A DNA stretch of 57,689 bases, the filler included, from Sphacelaria rigidula (Eukaryota), in NCBI GenBank assembly GCA_964200075.2. It is 4 parts of 4 records of this genome, joined end to end, with 100 filler letters (N's around TTAATTAATTAA, not from the genome) between each part and the next. Parts side by side here need not be neighbours in the genome. Positions count along the whole stretch, not along the records: positions 1 to 14,350 come from CAXNAA020002300.1; positions 14,451 to 28,799 come from CAXNAA020002301.1; 2 more parts are not named here. One strand, 5' to 3'. Of the stretch, positions 12,577 to 24,500 are shown one piece after another. The notes beneath the pieces were generated by a model, which saw nothing but the letters and a program-made list of their open reading frames with translations, had not been told where the DNA came from and searched no databases. The number at the start of each line of letters is the position of its first letter. The first letter of the stretch is position 1. The translations under genes and the position numbers were made by a program.

Positions 12577-12607
12577 CTCACACAATGCCCAACAGTGGAA
12601 ACCGACT

Positions 12608-12800
12608 ATGTTGTGGGTACACGAAATTCGACTTCACGGTCGACTAGGGCAAGGAACCGCTGAACCCCTCTCGCGATAAAAAATGAAACCGTAGATGGAA
12701 GGTGGAGAACAAGGACCAACCAAGAGAAAAAAGCTCCCGTGTTGACCTTCCATATACAGAATGGTGTGGACCGACGTCCACAATCAATGGGATGACAAGA
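12608..12800 (-). repeat. Interspersed repeat family A, copy 2
   Basis: Inverted homologue of 4640-4876. Confidence 0.7.
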
Positions 12801-12842
12801 CTGAAGAAAAAAGTAATCCATATTTGGTTCCGAGTGATGCTA

Positions 12843-13076
12843 CGGTAGAGGTGCACAAATATTTTCTGAGATTGGAATTGTTGAGAGCCCTTCATCTCAT
12901 CCAACACACGACTTATGAAATATGTGAGGGTACGCCAGGATTACTTTTCCAATGTGCGGGGGGGATCCCAAATGAATTTGGAAATGGTGATGCCCTGACC
13001 CATATTCTTGTGCATCTAGACTCGTCACGAGCCCCTGAACCAGACAAGATTTTGCGCAAAACGTTCACCCCTACCG
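12843..13076 (+). mobile_element. MITE family B copy (234 bp)
   Basis: TA-CGGTAGAGGTG...CACCCCTACCG-TG. Same length as 53390-53623. Confidence 0.75.
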
Positions 13077-13150
13077 TGGCATTGCTCTTCCTTCTGTTTT
13101 TCACGATGTTCCACCTCCTCTCGAAAACGAACGGTAATCGCTCATGATAG

Positions 13151-13384
13151 GTGAACGACGGGCCGGTGAGCTGGTGTAAGGTGGAGGTGGCTGTCCAGAC
13201 GCCCAAGTCCATCACGCGCCTATCGGGAGAAAATGTCCCCCCCGCTCCTCCCGTGGTGACTATGTCATTGTCCATGAAGACCGTGGTTAGCCCGCGCACG
13301 CACACGCACGAGGTGGTGGCGCTGTCGGCCTTGGTTCATCGGGAGGTTAAGCTGGAGGGCGCCTCCGACGAAGACGGGAAGAAG
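13151..13384 (+). CDS. POLA1: Pol alpha exon 9 (VSWCKVEVAV...PPVVTMSLSMKTVVSPRTHTHEVVALSALVH)
   Basis: Conserved 'SWCKVE...PPLVVMAFSMKT..N......EI' block at the start of the inactive exonuclease domain. Confidence 0.93.
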
Positions 13385-13825
13385 GTATGAGTCGTCAGTT
13401 GTTTCGTACATGCAAAAGAATGGGAGGCCTTTCAGAAGGCATACTACACACAGAAGTACGAGTAGTCAGTTCGTTGTACAAGCAATGGAGTTGGAGGCCA
13501 TTCCAGGAGGGTCTCACGCCACTTCAAGGGCGGAAATGTGGTACACATGATGGCGATAGATGGTTGTTTATTTATTCATTTGTTCGTCGCACTTTGTTTG
13601 TTGGGAGATAGTAAAGGCTTGACCGTACTCTGTGGTGGTGGCCTGAATCTAAGGGAACTAACGAGTACCACAACTTGCGATGTAGTACGTCCAAAAGTTG
13701 TGTGGATGAATAATACACTTTCCCGTTTTTTAGATACTCGAGTTGTCTCTGCGCTGTCATGTTGGTATCCTATTCAGCATGCCATCTCCGCCTCCGCCCT
13801 GTCCACCCCTGACACCGTGACCCAG

Positions 13826-13912
13826 ATGAGCATGTGGTTGGGCATCCGACCTCTAGGGCAGTCGGCCGGTGTTGAGTTTCCAAAGGTGTTCCCTCACGAC
13901 ATCAAGAGCGAG
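13826..13912 (+). CDS. POLA1: Pol alpha exon 10 (MSMWLGIRPLGQSAGVEFPKVFPHDIKSE); gene continues beyond contig end
   Basis: ccag acceptor, GAG|gtatgt donor, phase 0. 'RP......FP' motif. Confidence 0.75.
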
Positions 13913-14350
13913 GTATGTTGGGAGGTTATGCTACGAGCGTAGTTGGTGCTTGTGGTTATGGTTGCGGTTGTATTTTTTTTTTTCCAAATTTTTTGACGCG
14001 CGAAGCTGAACGAGGTCGGGGTTGAAGGACTTTCTTCAATTGATTCATTGATTCACTGATTCATTGGTTCGTTCGTTGGAAGCGCCGCAATCGGGTCGAC
14101 TGATTACCTTCGTAGTCGAAGTTATGATCCAAAAGTGTTCATGTTACGAGTATAACAGGTCATCTTTCATCCTGTGTTTTTGTTTTTCTGTTTCTGTTTT
14201 CACACGTGTGAAATTCGTACTCATTGCGGTAGTGAAGTAGATTTTGCGCAATCCTCAATATCTTTTGTGTGAGTGTTTTTGTCTCGTCCCCCCCTTCCCC
14301 CCCCCCTCCTCCAGCTCCGCCTCCCGTCAGGTCTCCTTCCCTCCTTCCCT

Positions 14351-14450
14351 NNNNNNNNNNNNNNNNNNNNNNNNNNNNNNNNNNNNNNNNNNNNTTAATT
14401 AATTAANNNNNNNNNNNNNNNNNNNNNNNNNNNNNNNNNNNNNNNNNNNN
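14351..14450. other. Artificial contig-joining spacer (N44-TTAATTAATTAA-N44)
   Basis: Identical 100-bp spacer at three positions. TTAATTAATTAA gives stops in all six frames. Confidence 0.97.
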
Positions 14451-15288
14451 GCAACAAATGAGTCCCCCCCCCCCCTTCCCCCCCCCTGCGCCGACCCAAA
14501 AGGGATAGCTGCCAACTGAGCAAATGGCCAAACGACTGAGGCAGGCGACGAATGAGTACGCCCCCCCCCCCTATCGTGGCACGAGTCATCACAAGCACAG
14601 GACTGGGATCCGGACCCACGATCAAAGATCAGGCACCTTCGTGTTCACCTATCGGCCACATGTAACTCGCCATCACCCCGAATCATTTCATAGCCCTTAT
14701 GTCAAACGGTACGGCTGTTCCTTGGTATTCGCACGCTACGGAATCCATGAGTCGAAGTATGATACGACGTGGTCACGGCGATTTGCAGTATGGCACGTCA
14801 CGGTACCAGAGAGGTACCGGAGATTCCCGTAACGGCTTTTCACGGTCAAGAAGAAGTAAGGCCTTGTGGAGTACAAGAGAGGTATCAAAAAATCCCGTAA
14901 CCGCGTTTCACGGTCAACAGGAAGTACAACCTCGACATTCCGTGGTGGGGTATGGCAGCCCAATTTGCAAAATTTCAGGAACTACCGCAAAGTTCCGCAT
15001 GCCGCAATACACCGTGGTGTAATTTCCACAGTAGCTATTTTTAAATAATCCCTGGTGTGTCTTCGTTTTGATTATGTTGGGCCTCGAAGCCGATTCAGAA
15101 CCCTCTTTGTAGGCACTAAACTGGACGCCAATTTGTCCCGACCGTCACTTCACCAGGCAACAACTTTGCACCAATCAGATGCTTTCGCAACTCCCCGACC
15201 CTTCCCTTCCTCCGCCACTAAAAATGCTGCAAACCTCTTTCATCTATGGGTGTGTCTACCCGGTACTGTTATGGGTTACGGAACTCAC

Positions 15289-15420
15289 GCTGACAGCGAT
15301 GCGAGGCCAGCCGAAGGCATTGGTGGCCTTGAACGTGACGTCTATTGGAAAATTCCACACGATCATCGTGTCTCCCCCTCCCGTCCGTCGAGCTATTTGT
15401 GACAGCCCGCTATCCAGTCC
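15289..15420 (-). CDS. B9D1: B9 domain-containing protein 1, exon 3 ([44 protein letters not shown]); 3' exons off contig
   Basis: Near-identical to the B9D1 signature 'GLEEGISQI...[22 protein letters not shown]'. ttcag acceptor, AGC|gtgagt donor. Confidence 0.93.
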
Positions 15421-16280
15421 CTGAACAGCAAATCGAGCGCGACATATACTGTGACGTTCATCTACCCCGATTTTCAACACCCGAAAATATCCCGCGGTTG
15501 GTGTGAACAATATCTACATCGCCTGCTATCTTCCCAATGCTCTTATCCACCCGGTGTGAAGATCTTTCTGTAAAGTATCGGGGGCAGCATGTGGTCGTCT
15601 GGCGAGAACACTGATGAAAAGCAGCTCGAAGATCGGTGTGGACCGAAGAACATGAGTTCTCCGAGTCATCTTGGCAAGTTTAGTGGCATCATAGCACCCC
15701 TTCAGCCCTTCCACCGCCAATGAGTGGTTACCAATACATGCGAATGGATTCGGACCAGCTGCTCGCATGATGAGTGAATGGTCCTGCAGAAACGGTTCCC
15801 GAGGACCTCGAAGTAAAATGGCTTAGCGTGAAAATGATTGATCGGTTGATTGATCGATCGACCGATTGTTGCACATCAATGTATCCCCGAAGGGATACAT
15901 TCATGATCACGAGGCAGGCGGGCGTACCCAAGGCGAGCACAACGGAAACAGTCACTGACGGTGACTTGAGAAAGGGGAAGGATGACGAAAGACAACAGAA
16001 TGAACCTGGTGAAGGAAATATTAAACACGCGGATTAAACCGAACGAACACACGAGATTTCCGAAAACAACAGATATATCATTGTTTCTGAGCTCTTTCCC
16101 GAAGCCGCCCCGGCCGTTGAAAACAGTAGTTGAGTCCCCTTCGTCGTAGGTTTAGGCTGACCCCCCCACCCCCTACTATTCTAAATTGTAAGACACCCAT
16201 GAGGCAGCGTGGAACACGTGGCTGTCTTTTGCAGTGGCGGTACCAGACAATGAAGCAAGTCGTTCTAAGCTGTTATCCAA

Positions 16281-16495
16281 ATGCAAGATAATCAGTAGGC
16301 TTCAGGCCGAGCAATCTTAGCAGGACGCAGCTCACCCTTGATGCGACTCGCCGAACACATCACGGCGCTTCGCGCTTGGTGGTCGATTGCGAGCCTGGTC
16401 AGGCCAAAACCCAGCGTGCTCCGTCCCGGCTTTGTAGGGATGCGAGGTCAACGGTGTTATGACTGTGGCATACAAGATCATGAGTATACCCCCCT
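16281..16495 (+). repeat. Interspersed repeat family C, copy 1 (~200 bp)
   Basis: Homologous to 18183-18384 (inverted) and 54088-54300. Confidence 0.8.
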
Positions 16496-16554
16496 CCCCC
16501 CCACCCCTCGTCCTTCCGCCTTTATCCCCTACCGAATGATGATGCAGCTCTCAC

Positions 16555-16623
16555 ATGGACAATATACCAGTCGTTGCCGAAGCTGAGGGCGTACCGGCAG
16601 TACAAATTGTCCAAGGTTCCGAA
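16555..16623 (-). CDS. B9D1: B9D1 exon 2 (FGTLDNLYCRYALSFGNDWYIVH)
   Basis: Matches 'F..YDDLYCKY.FVYGQDW'. ccag acceptor, CAT|gtgaga donor, phase 0/0. Confidence 0.9.
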
Positions 16624-17196
16624 CTGGTACACGCTCGTCCGCCGCAACAAAACGCCGTGCGCCATTTATCAGAATTGTGGACAAAGAAATAGAGTGAGAG
16701 AGAGCACCAAAGAGTGGGTTTGTTGACACGTACCGGTCAGCAGACTTTTACCCCGTCTTTTGTATGAAAAGGACGAGGCACATACTTCGCAGAGGAAATA
16801 ATGGTGGCAGGAATTTTCCAGCTTTGTTTGAGGTCGGTCAACGTGTGGACTTGATTTTGTGCATAGTTGGCGAAGAGTGTGCTACATGCAGCGTCGGACG
16901 ATGTTTCAATTCTGCGTGGCTCTGCAGTCAAATCTTGCGAATTGATGAAATGTACTTTTAAGGTTTATATGAACATCATCCTGCGATCTCGATGTCATTT
17001 TCGAGAAAAGTAGTGCCATAGTTAGTATTCGAATTTATACACGAAGCAGCTGTTCAACTCGAAGTCGCTCGCCGCTTCCCAGACACCCGTCGTGAACCTA
17101 AACGAGATCGACGGTCAAGAATATGCAGCTTGAAACCCAGTACAGAAGCTTCGCACGACAGTAGAGAGTCTGCCTCACTGTAAAACGTTCGCGCAC

Positions 17197-17310
17197 CTGG
17201 CCAAACTCGATCTGTCCTGTACACATAAGGAAGAAGTGTGAAGATACGGGTTGCTGTGGTGCCGCTGCTGCTCCGCCCGCCTTTGTGTTCAGCGATAAAT
17301 TGAGAAGCAT
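17197..17310 (-). CDS. B9D1: B9D1 exon 1 (MLLNLSLNTKAGGAAAAPQQPVSSHFFLMCTGQIEFGQ)
   Basis: Matches 'VFLLMVNGQVESAQ'. caccATG context, CAG|gtgcgc donor. The exact start is uncertain. Confidence 0.8.
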
Positions 17311-18182
17311 GGTGACAGTCGGTAGAAACTTCAGCACGGTGGCTAGTGACGACCACGGGGACACAACCGGCAATCTGTGCACCACTACTGGTGGTTATGC
17401 TGCCCGTCTCCGTTTACGCAGTGAGGGCTGTTGTGTCTATCGGTTCTCAAACCCAGTTGAGTTTTGCATTCGGCGTGTTCTTGTATGCACCACGCGGACG
17501 TGCAAGTCCCCGCTACCACGTCATAATAACTGTTCTGGGTTGAATGATGGGTCAAGACGCATTCGAAGTACCACTCACGGATTTAAATCCGTTGATGCTA
17601 TACTCCTGGTGCTGCGTATCGTGTATGCATCAGCGTTCGCGCTACTGCTGTTGGCTGACGTAGTCTACTCCCGCGTACGACGTGTCGGACTTTGGCTCGC
17701 AATACACAAGCAGCAAGACGTTAACTTACTGTGGCGTAGGTTTGTACTCATTTCGTATAAGTATTATAAATACATCGGCAAAACGATAGACGGTCTCCGG
17801 CCGAGGCCCGCCATTTACATAGTTTAAACATGTCGTGCCGACGGCGTAAAGTATATATCAGATGTTAGCTTGTAGCAGTAGCCAGGCGTTAACTCATTGC
17901 GGTACATTTTTTGCATTTATCGGACACGGAGTTGCATCAAACCTGCACAACGACGGGCGGTTGCAGACCGAGACCGACCGTCTGGTCAGTTCAAGGTATG
18001 TCGTCCAGCCGGCGGTATAGAGCTGCATCAAGGGGGGCGTACTCATTTGTTGCTTGCCTTAGTCGTGCGACCATTGACTAAGGGTGAATCAAGTTGATGA
18101 TGGTGCTTATGCCTAACCATACTATCAAGCTTAAGGTGAGGGGGGGGGGGGCGTGCTCATTGGAGGTGAGGGGGGAGGTGAG

Positions 18183-18384
18183 GGGGGGTGTGCTTATGAT
18201 CCTGCACGCCGAAGTCGGAAGATCATTTACCTCGCATCCCCAGACAGCCAGGACGGAGCACGCCGGGTTTTCGCCGGACTAGGCCCGCGATCGATTACCA
18301 AGCGCGAAGCGCCGTGATGTGTTCGGTAAGTCGCATGGAAATTGAGCTGCATCCTGCTAAGATTGTTTGGCCCGAAGCGTACTG
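18183..18384 (-). repeat. Interspersed repeat family C, copy 2
   Basis: Reverse complement matches cagtacgcttc..gaacacatcacggcgcttcgcgcttg..gtgctccgtc. Confidence 0.8.
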
Positions 18385-19790
18385 TCTCGCACATAAATGA
18401 CCACCTGCAATGGGTTGTTTCATTTTCTGGTATCACCATTCCAGAGACAGTCGCGGGTTACACACTGCCTCATGGTTGTCTCATTATATAAACAGTACGT
18501 AGTACGATGATCCCACTTTGCGAGGAGTTCGGGTTACCCATCCCGCACAATATGATCTTGCTCGATCACCATCATGGTAATCGCAAAACAAACACCAGTG
18601 AGAACCCCCCCGATAACCTGGTTGCCTTACTTACGCAGTGAGTAGCGTGTTTTACAGCGTCGTTGCCAACCGACGCCAACGCTCAACAGGGGGGGGGGCG
18701 TGTAAACTAATGGTCTAAGCATGCTACTTGGTGGACTCGCAGGAGTACTGGCAAGTGCTGCTGCGACGTCAAACGAAGGACCCGCTCCAGTAGGTAGTGA
18801 AAAGAGGGTGATGAAAAGATTTTTTTTTCTATTGAAACCTATAAATCGACGCGTTATTCAGGATTTAGATGGGGATAAAGCCAAAACACACAGCGAAGTA
18901 GATTGCAGCGGATATCACTCAGCACCCGCGTGCTACTGCTGTGCGGCGAGATTGAGCAATGAACAACTGCTGTGGGGCACGTCCAATGAGGCCATCGTAC
19001 AGCTGTTGTAACGGAGTAATGCTACGATAGGGGTGCACAAAGTGTTGCCCTTTTCGACTAGTTTCTAAGCGGAGCCATGGTAAAATGCCAACAGACGAAG
19101 CCCGTCTGCGACCTAGAGACAAAATGTGCTCTATACCAGTATGAATGAGACAGGGGATTTTACTGTTGTACGAAAGGGGCGCAATACCATCCACGGAAAG
19201 TGGCGTAACTCTCTTGATGTTTCAGTTATCACGAAGCAAAAGGTATTCCTGAAAAGCTTGTATTCCCCGCCATATTTCCCCCCCGAGACACGATGCGCAA
19301 TGCGTACGTCATTGCGTCGAAAACGCACACTTATCACTAGAACCCCTCCATAGGCCCAGCATCGGGGTTTCATACTGTAGTACAGCAGTAAACAAGCAAC
19401 TTCCTGATGCTGTTCTGACTACAAACTCAGTGCTGACAGCAGTGAGACAGTCGACTACCCCCCGTGCCTCCCCTTGAGTACGCGTGGGTCGCCCCCCCCG
19501 CGTGCATTGGGGTGTCTGGGGGGCGGGGAGGGTGCCCACCGCGAATCCGTTCCGCAAAGTTATACACTTGAATACTCTCAAATAAGCATCTGGACACCCA
19601 CCATCGGAACACTCAGGCCGGAATAAGCCCGTAGGGCATCCACGTAGTATATTTTATGCTTAGGGTTGCGAATCGGCAGCCGCAATCGTATGCAGTGGTG
19701 AATGACCAACCCTGGGCTGTTGCTCCTATTGTGTACGTGACTTTCGTTTGTCCGCTCTTTTCGGTGGCATCACGAATAACTTTGTTGTAG

Positions 19791-19872
19791 ACCAAGAGTG
19801 GCGACGGGTGGTTGCGACGCTGCCCTGAGGCTATGGAGCTACCGTGAATCATCTGTTACGTCTTCGACCATG
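19791..19872 (+). CDS. Candidate exon of a WD40-repeat-like gene (PRVATGGCDAALRLWSYRE)
   Basis: ttgtag acceptor and an 'ATGG.D..LRLW' WD40 motif. Other candidate exons at 22121-22206, ~24770-24890 and 26917-26984. Confidence 0.4.
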
Positions 19873-19971
19873 GTTCCGTCGCCTCGTGATGCTGCTGCAC
19901 AATCGATGATATATGACTCAAATATGCGACTCAAAATGATCATATGGTGGCTCCCACAGCAGTCTGAACTA

Positions 19972-20371
19972 GGCCCTGACCTCTAAGGCATACCTTACGT
20001 TTTGCCTTAGAGCCCATTTTCAGAAAGGGGTCGCCTGAGAGGGGGTATGGCGCCTGATATGCCTTGTTTGGGCGAAGCAAAAGCAGATACTACAACAAAG
20101 AATGGAAATAGGGCACACGAATGACTACACCAACTCCAATTAGTCGGGATATCGGGGAGGTTGTCTCAGGCAAATCAAATCCAGAAACTAAGGCATCTCA
20201 GGCATGGATTTGACTTGTCAGGCATGGAATTGGGTGTCAGGCATGGAATTGGGCGTCAGGCATGTCTTAGTTGTTGCCTGATCCCCATTTTGTTTGCCTG
20301 CTTCGGGCCCTCATCCATTTGCCTGAGGCATGCCTGAGGCACGCCGAAGGCGTTCCTTATCGGTCAAGGCC
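19972..20371. mobile_element. MITE with GGCCYTGACC TIR, TA flanks and internal TCAGGCATGG repeats
   Basis: ta-GGCCCTGACC...GGTCAAGGCC-ta. Four tcaggcatg units at ~20198-20265. Confidence 0.65.
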
Positions 20372-21440
20372 TAGTCTAAACCCAGCATAATAATGCTTCC
20401 GCCACACGTGGTGAACCGTAGTGTTGCTCTATAGTTGACCCCTACGGTGTGGTACATTTTTCGAATTACAGGCGAAGTAAATAGGCAAACTATGTCCGGG
20501 TGTGACAGCAGAAGGGAGCCTCACCGCACTGGCTCCGTGTACGGTGGCGTTGAGCAAGTGACTCGTTTTACCAAAAGTTGCCTTGTCACGGGTCACTGTC
20601 CTGAGAAATCATCGTCGGAAGCAGGTAGCCGGGAAGTTGAGGGAGTAGGTCAAGGCGTACAATATATTATGTGCTGATAACTAACGATGTATCTTGTTCC
20701 ATTGTTCCCATTCAGCCGTAGTAGGCATGGGCGGGCGGCGGGGGACTCGGCATGGCAAAGGATGAACATCACTGCACTGATCGCAAGCGGTTGCTACTCA
20801 AAAACTGCCCCGATGCGGGAGTTCATGACTTAATTAGTGTTTTGTTATCATAGCTGCGGGCGCCACTCCGTGCAAACGAGTATTGCATACTGTGTTACTG
20901 ACCGTGTCTGGCGTGGAGCTAGACTTATACATCATCACACAACGTGTCACCTTGTTAGATGAGAAGTTACCCCGCAAGAGTTCGATGAAGGGAAAGGTGG
21001 TCGATTGCCACACTTTTCACGTACAATCCTAGACAGGCTGAGAGGAGAATACCACAACAACCACCCCCATGGCTACCAAGCTGTTAGTATCCCCCGTGCG
21101 AAAGTTCCGATACTGGATGCGTAAGGGGACGTTTCCCCTGTAAGAGAGCCTTATCCCCTGCCAGGTACGTCGGCAAGGGTCCTTTGGCAGGAGCCACTGT
21201 TCGAGCGAGAGAAGCTCAATGTCAAGCTGTCGCGCGACTTGGAACGGAAAAGTTGAGTCCAGTACCCTCAGATATATGACGGAGCGTAAAGGATACTCAT
21301 TTGCGGCATTTCTTTGGGCGTTGATCCATGGGCAGGCGAAGATTTGTGACACGCCTGGAGGGATCATTTTCTGTTTCCATGCCAGTTTGACATCGTACAT
21401 CATATAGTTGTCATCAGACAACATGTGCTTAAGAAAAGAA

Positions 21441-21518
21441 TGTTAGATGTACAACATATCCACTGAGCTAACAGTCAGCGCTGACTGATAGCTCAGTAGA
21501 TATGTTGTACATCTAACA
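21441..21518. mobile_element. 78-bp spacerless palindromic element, TGTTAG...CTAACA, 5-bp TSD AAGAA
   Basis: 39-bp arms with 2 mismatches and no loop. AAGAA at 21436-21440 and 21519-21523. Confidence 0.8.
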
Positions 21519-24500
21519 AAGAACGGGTGCAATGCCGGTATCCACCGTGTCAACGCACACCGCGTCCTCAGCACCTTGCGCGCCTGAAGCTGTGGCTTCT
21601 ACACCTACTTGTGGTATCAACAAAGATGTGCTCAAAGTTTCGGCATCATCAGGCACAAGGTACGCTCTTTTCTCGACACCTAGTCCTGGTAAAATACACA
21701 AGAAGAAAAGTACCGGGAGTGACAGTGCAAGGTAGGGAATGATAAGCCGAAAACGCAACGCGTTTGTCCTCCGAATTCCAGATCTCGCCCGTGCATGGCT
21801 GTGAAGATCGAGGAGTGAGAATCAAAGGCGGCACTAACCTGCACCACATAAACGTGACCCCTTTCATCTATTGATGTTGTAGGCCCGGTTCATAACGTCG
21901 CCCGCCGCGACGAACACTGCGGAATCCCAAACTTCTTGCGTGCGCTGAACCCCATTGCGGCTCTTTGCTTCCGTGTAATGCAATGCACCGTTTCTTGAAC
22001 ACACACTACACTATTTGCGTGCAGTGAAGGAAGGCTACTACGCTAATGGGACCCGAAATCTGGCCTCCGAACATGGTGTGCTCTGAGTAATATACCGAAC
22101 CGAACGCACTTATTATACAGACTGAATCACTACTGTAAACCGTACGACGTGTGGATCCAACAAAAAGTGAACGCACAACTTGCACGCGCCAAAAGCGAGC
22201 TGAAAGGTGAGCTGAACGCCGTAATGTCAAAATCCATGCGTGTTGCATTGGATTATAGCTACACACAGATGCGAGTGTGCATGCACACTCAACATTACAC
22301 GTGGGGCATGCCTGGTCAGGGACGCCAATGACGTAGCCATCCTTTCCGCACGCTTTCAGCTCCACTCCTTGAGGCCCACAGCGCAAGAACTTTTGACTAC
22401 TCTATCGTGACTGCAGCACAGTACCGTCCAGTACAGAACAGCAATCCAGTCTGAACAAAATCGCAGGGGCAGTTGGCCCAGCCAGCCAAAACGTGGTTTA
22501 CGAGGTTGGGTGCGGTGTGATACCATTGGATCCCTTTTTACAAAAGATCCACACGGATATGATACCTACAGTACACGACCATTGCCATCAGCCCCCCTGA
22601 AATGCATACTACGTAGAGTACGCTGGAACCAGATGCGACCAGCTCGCAGAATATGGCTCGCCGAACGCGCAACCTGTCACCTATGGAAGAGGGCCCGATA
22701 CATGGAAACTCTTCTTTTCTCATGGGATCACATGAGACGGCCGCCGTATATATCGAAGCATAGTGCGGTAAATTCGAAAACATGGGTGATGGCCTGGTGT
22801 TGCATATTTTGACTGGCCATACAGGTGCAGCCCTACACACTCAACACGCTGTAGAGCTTAACTGGATCAGTGCCGCCACTGACATAGCCATCATCTCCAC
22901 GCGCTTTCAGCTACCCCAACTAAACCCGTTACTTTTTGACGGTCAGGGTGGGCGATCTGGGTCGTCGAGTCATTTTTCGACCGGAGACGATGACGATTCG
23001 ACGGGCAACCTATATCCTGGTGGTCAAACGACAGTGCGAAAAGCATTTGCCATTCCACCGCGATTGCAACGCAGTGCAGTGCAATGCAACACAACACAGC
23101 AGCCCGCAAAATAGTGCAGCAGCCCTTGGTGCGTCAGCCAACAATGTACGCGACTCGGTGTGGTGGAATACCCGTTGATAGTTTTTTCGAAAGATCCACG
23201 CGGATATACTACAACGGTTGGTTGCAAACACGCCTCCCGAAACATACTGTAGGGTACGCTGGAACCAGAAGCGGCGCAACGTGCACCAAGCACCAGATGC
23301 TTCCGAGCAGCTGATAGCTGACTGCTACGTAAATCGCTACCGCCAGACCTACCATGTCAAACTTACTGCAAGAGATAGCCGGGGGCACTGTCGGCGGAGT
23401 ACTAGGCATGACCATCGTCTATCCACTGGATACAGTCAAGTCAAGGTATAGTCTGGCCAGTCTTGGTGATACGTAATCTGCAGGGTGTATTCCGATGCTT
23501 TACGGTGTACACCACCCCCTCCCCCGTGATCAGTGTTTAAAGCTCATCGTGTAGAATCAATACCCTGTAGTACCGCAAAGTCCCATCAGGTGACAGGTAT
23601 TGAAAATAATCTTCCGAGAGAAGCAAAGTTCAGTTTCCATTGTGGCTTATTTTTCGAGAAAATTCAGTTTCCATTGTGGCTTATTTCTCGAGAAAATCGA
23701 TGTCGACCGGTGTTCAGCGGGGGGGGCCATAATGTGAAGTCACCTTCTCCGCGAGTAGACAGCAAACCGTCTCCGGTACCGCACTTCGCTATAACTACTG
23801 GAACCGCTGTATTTCACCCAAGACACGTCGCGCGGACTTCAATTACGCTTCTGCGGCTGTTGTGCCCACGCGTATACAGCAGTTTTGCTGGACGCAGATC
23901 TGAATCGCGCTCGCATGCCCTTGTAGTCCCATGTTTGCCACGAAATATTGATGATTTCTACAAGTATGCAAAGCGTGAATTTATCCCGTTGCATATCCGT
24001 AGGTGATGGTGTATAACACCCCCAGGTGACAAAAGTTGTTTGAACTCAACCAATCGACAATGTCGACAACTCCGGCACCACGCTGCCGAAAGTTGTGTCG
24101 ACAGAATGACCTCGTTTGATATATTTTCGTGATCTGGTATCTATGATCTTCCGGTGGTACAGGTGCTTGCTCCTCGGAAAAACGGCACTCTTGTGCTTCG
24201 CAGCACAGAGCATTCGTTTGCCTCACAGGACGATATCTGTAGCATTTACAACAAGACCCTTTGAAATGCCATCAACAGTGAAAATGTGCCATACGCGCAT
24301 TTCGAATCGAACACGGCAATGAAGTGTTGGTGCTTGCCGGCGTCATCAATGACTACGAGCACGCGACTTCGCTTGAAATCTGCGCCTTTACGCTCTGCCA
24401 GTCCACACCTTGCCTAGGGCACCCTATGCGTCCCCCTTGGCCGCGGGTTCTCGGTCTGTATTAGGTTGGGGTTCCGGTTAGAATTAGGATGTAGTTAGGC

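Noticed and set aside
12761..13147. Similar ORFs at 12761-13147 and 53349-53696 suggesting a small protein family
   Set aside because: Similarity is confined to the 234-bp MITE B and ends at its TIRs, so these are chance open frames.
14395..14406. TTAATTAATTAA palindrome repeated three times
   Set aside because: Assembly linker embedded in N runs.
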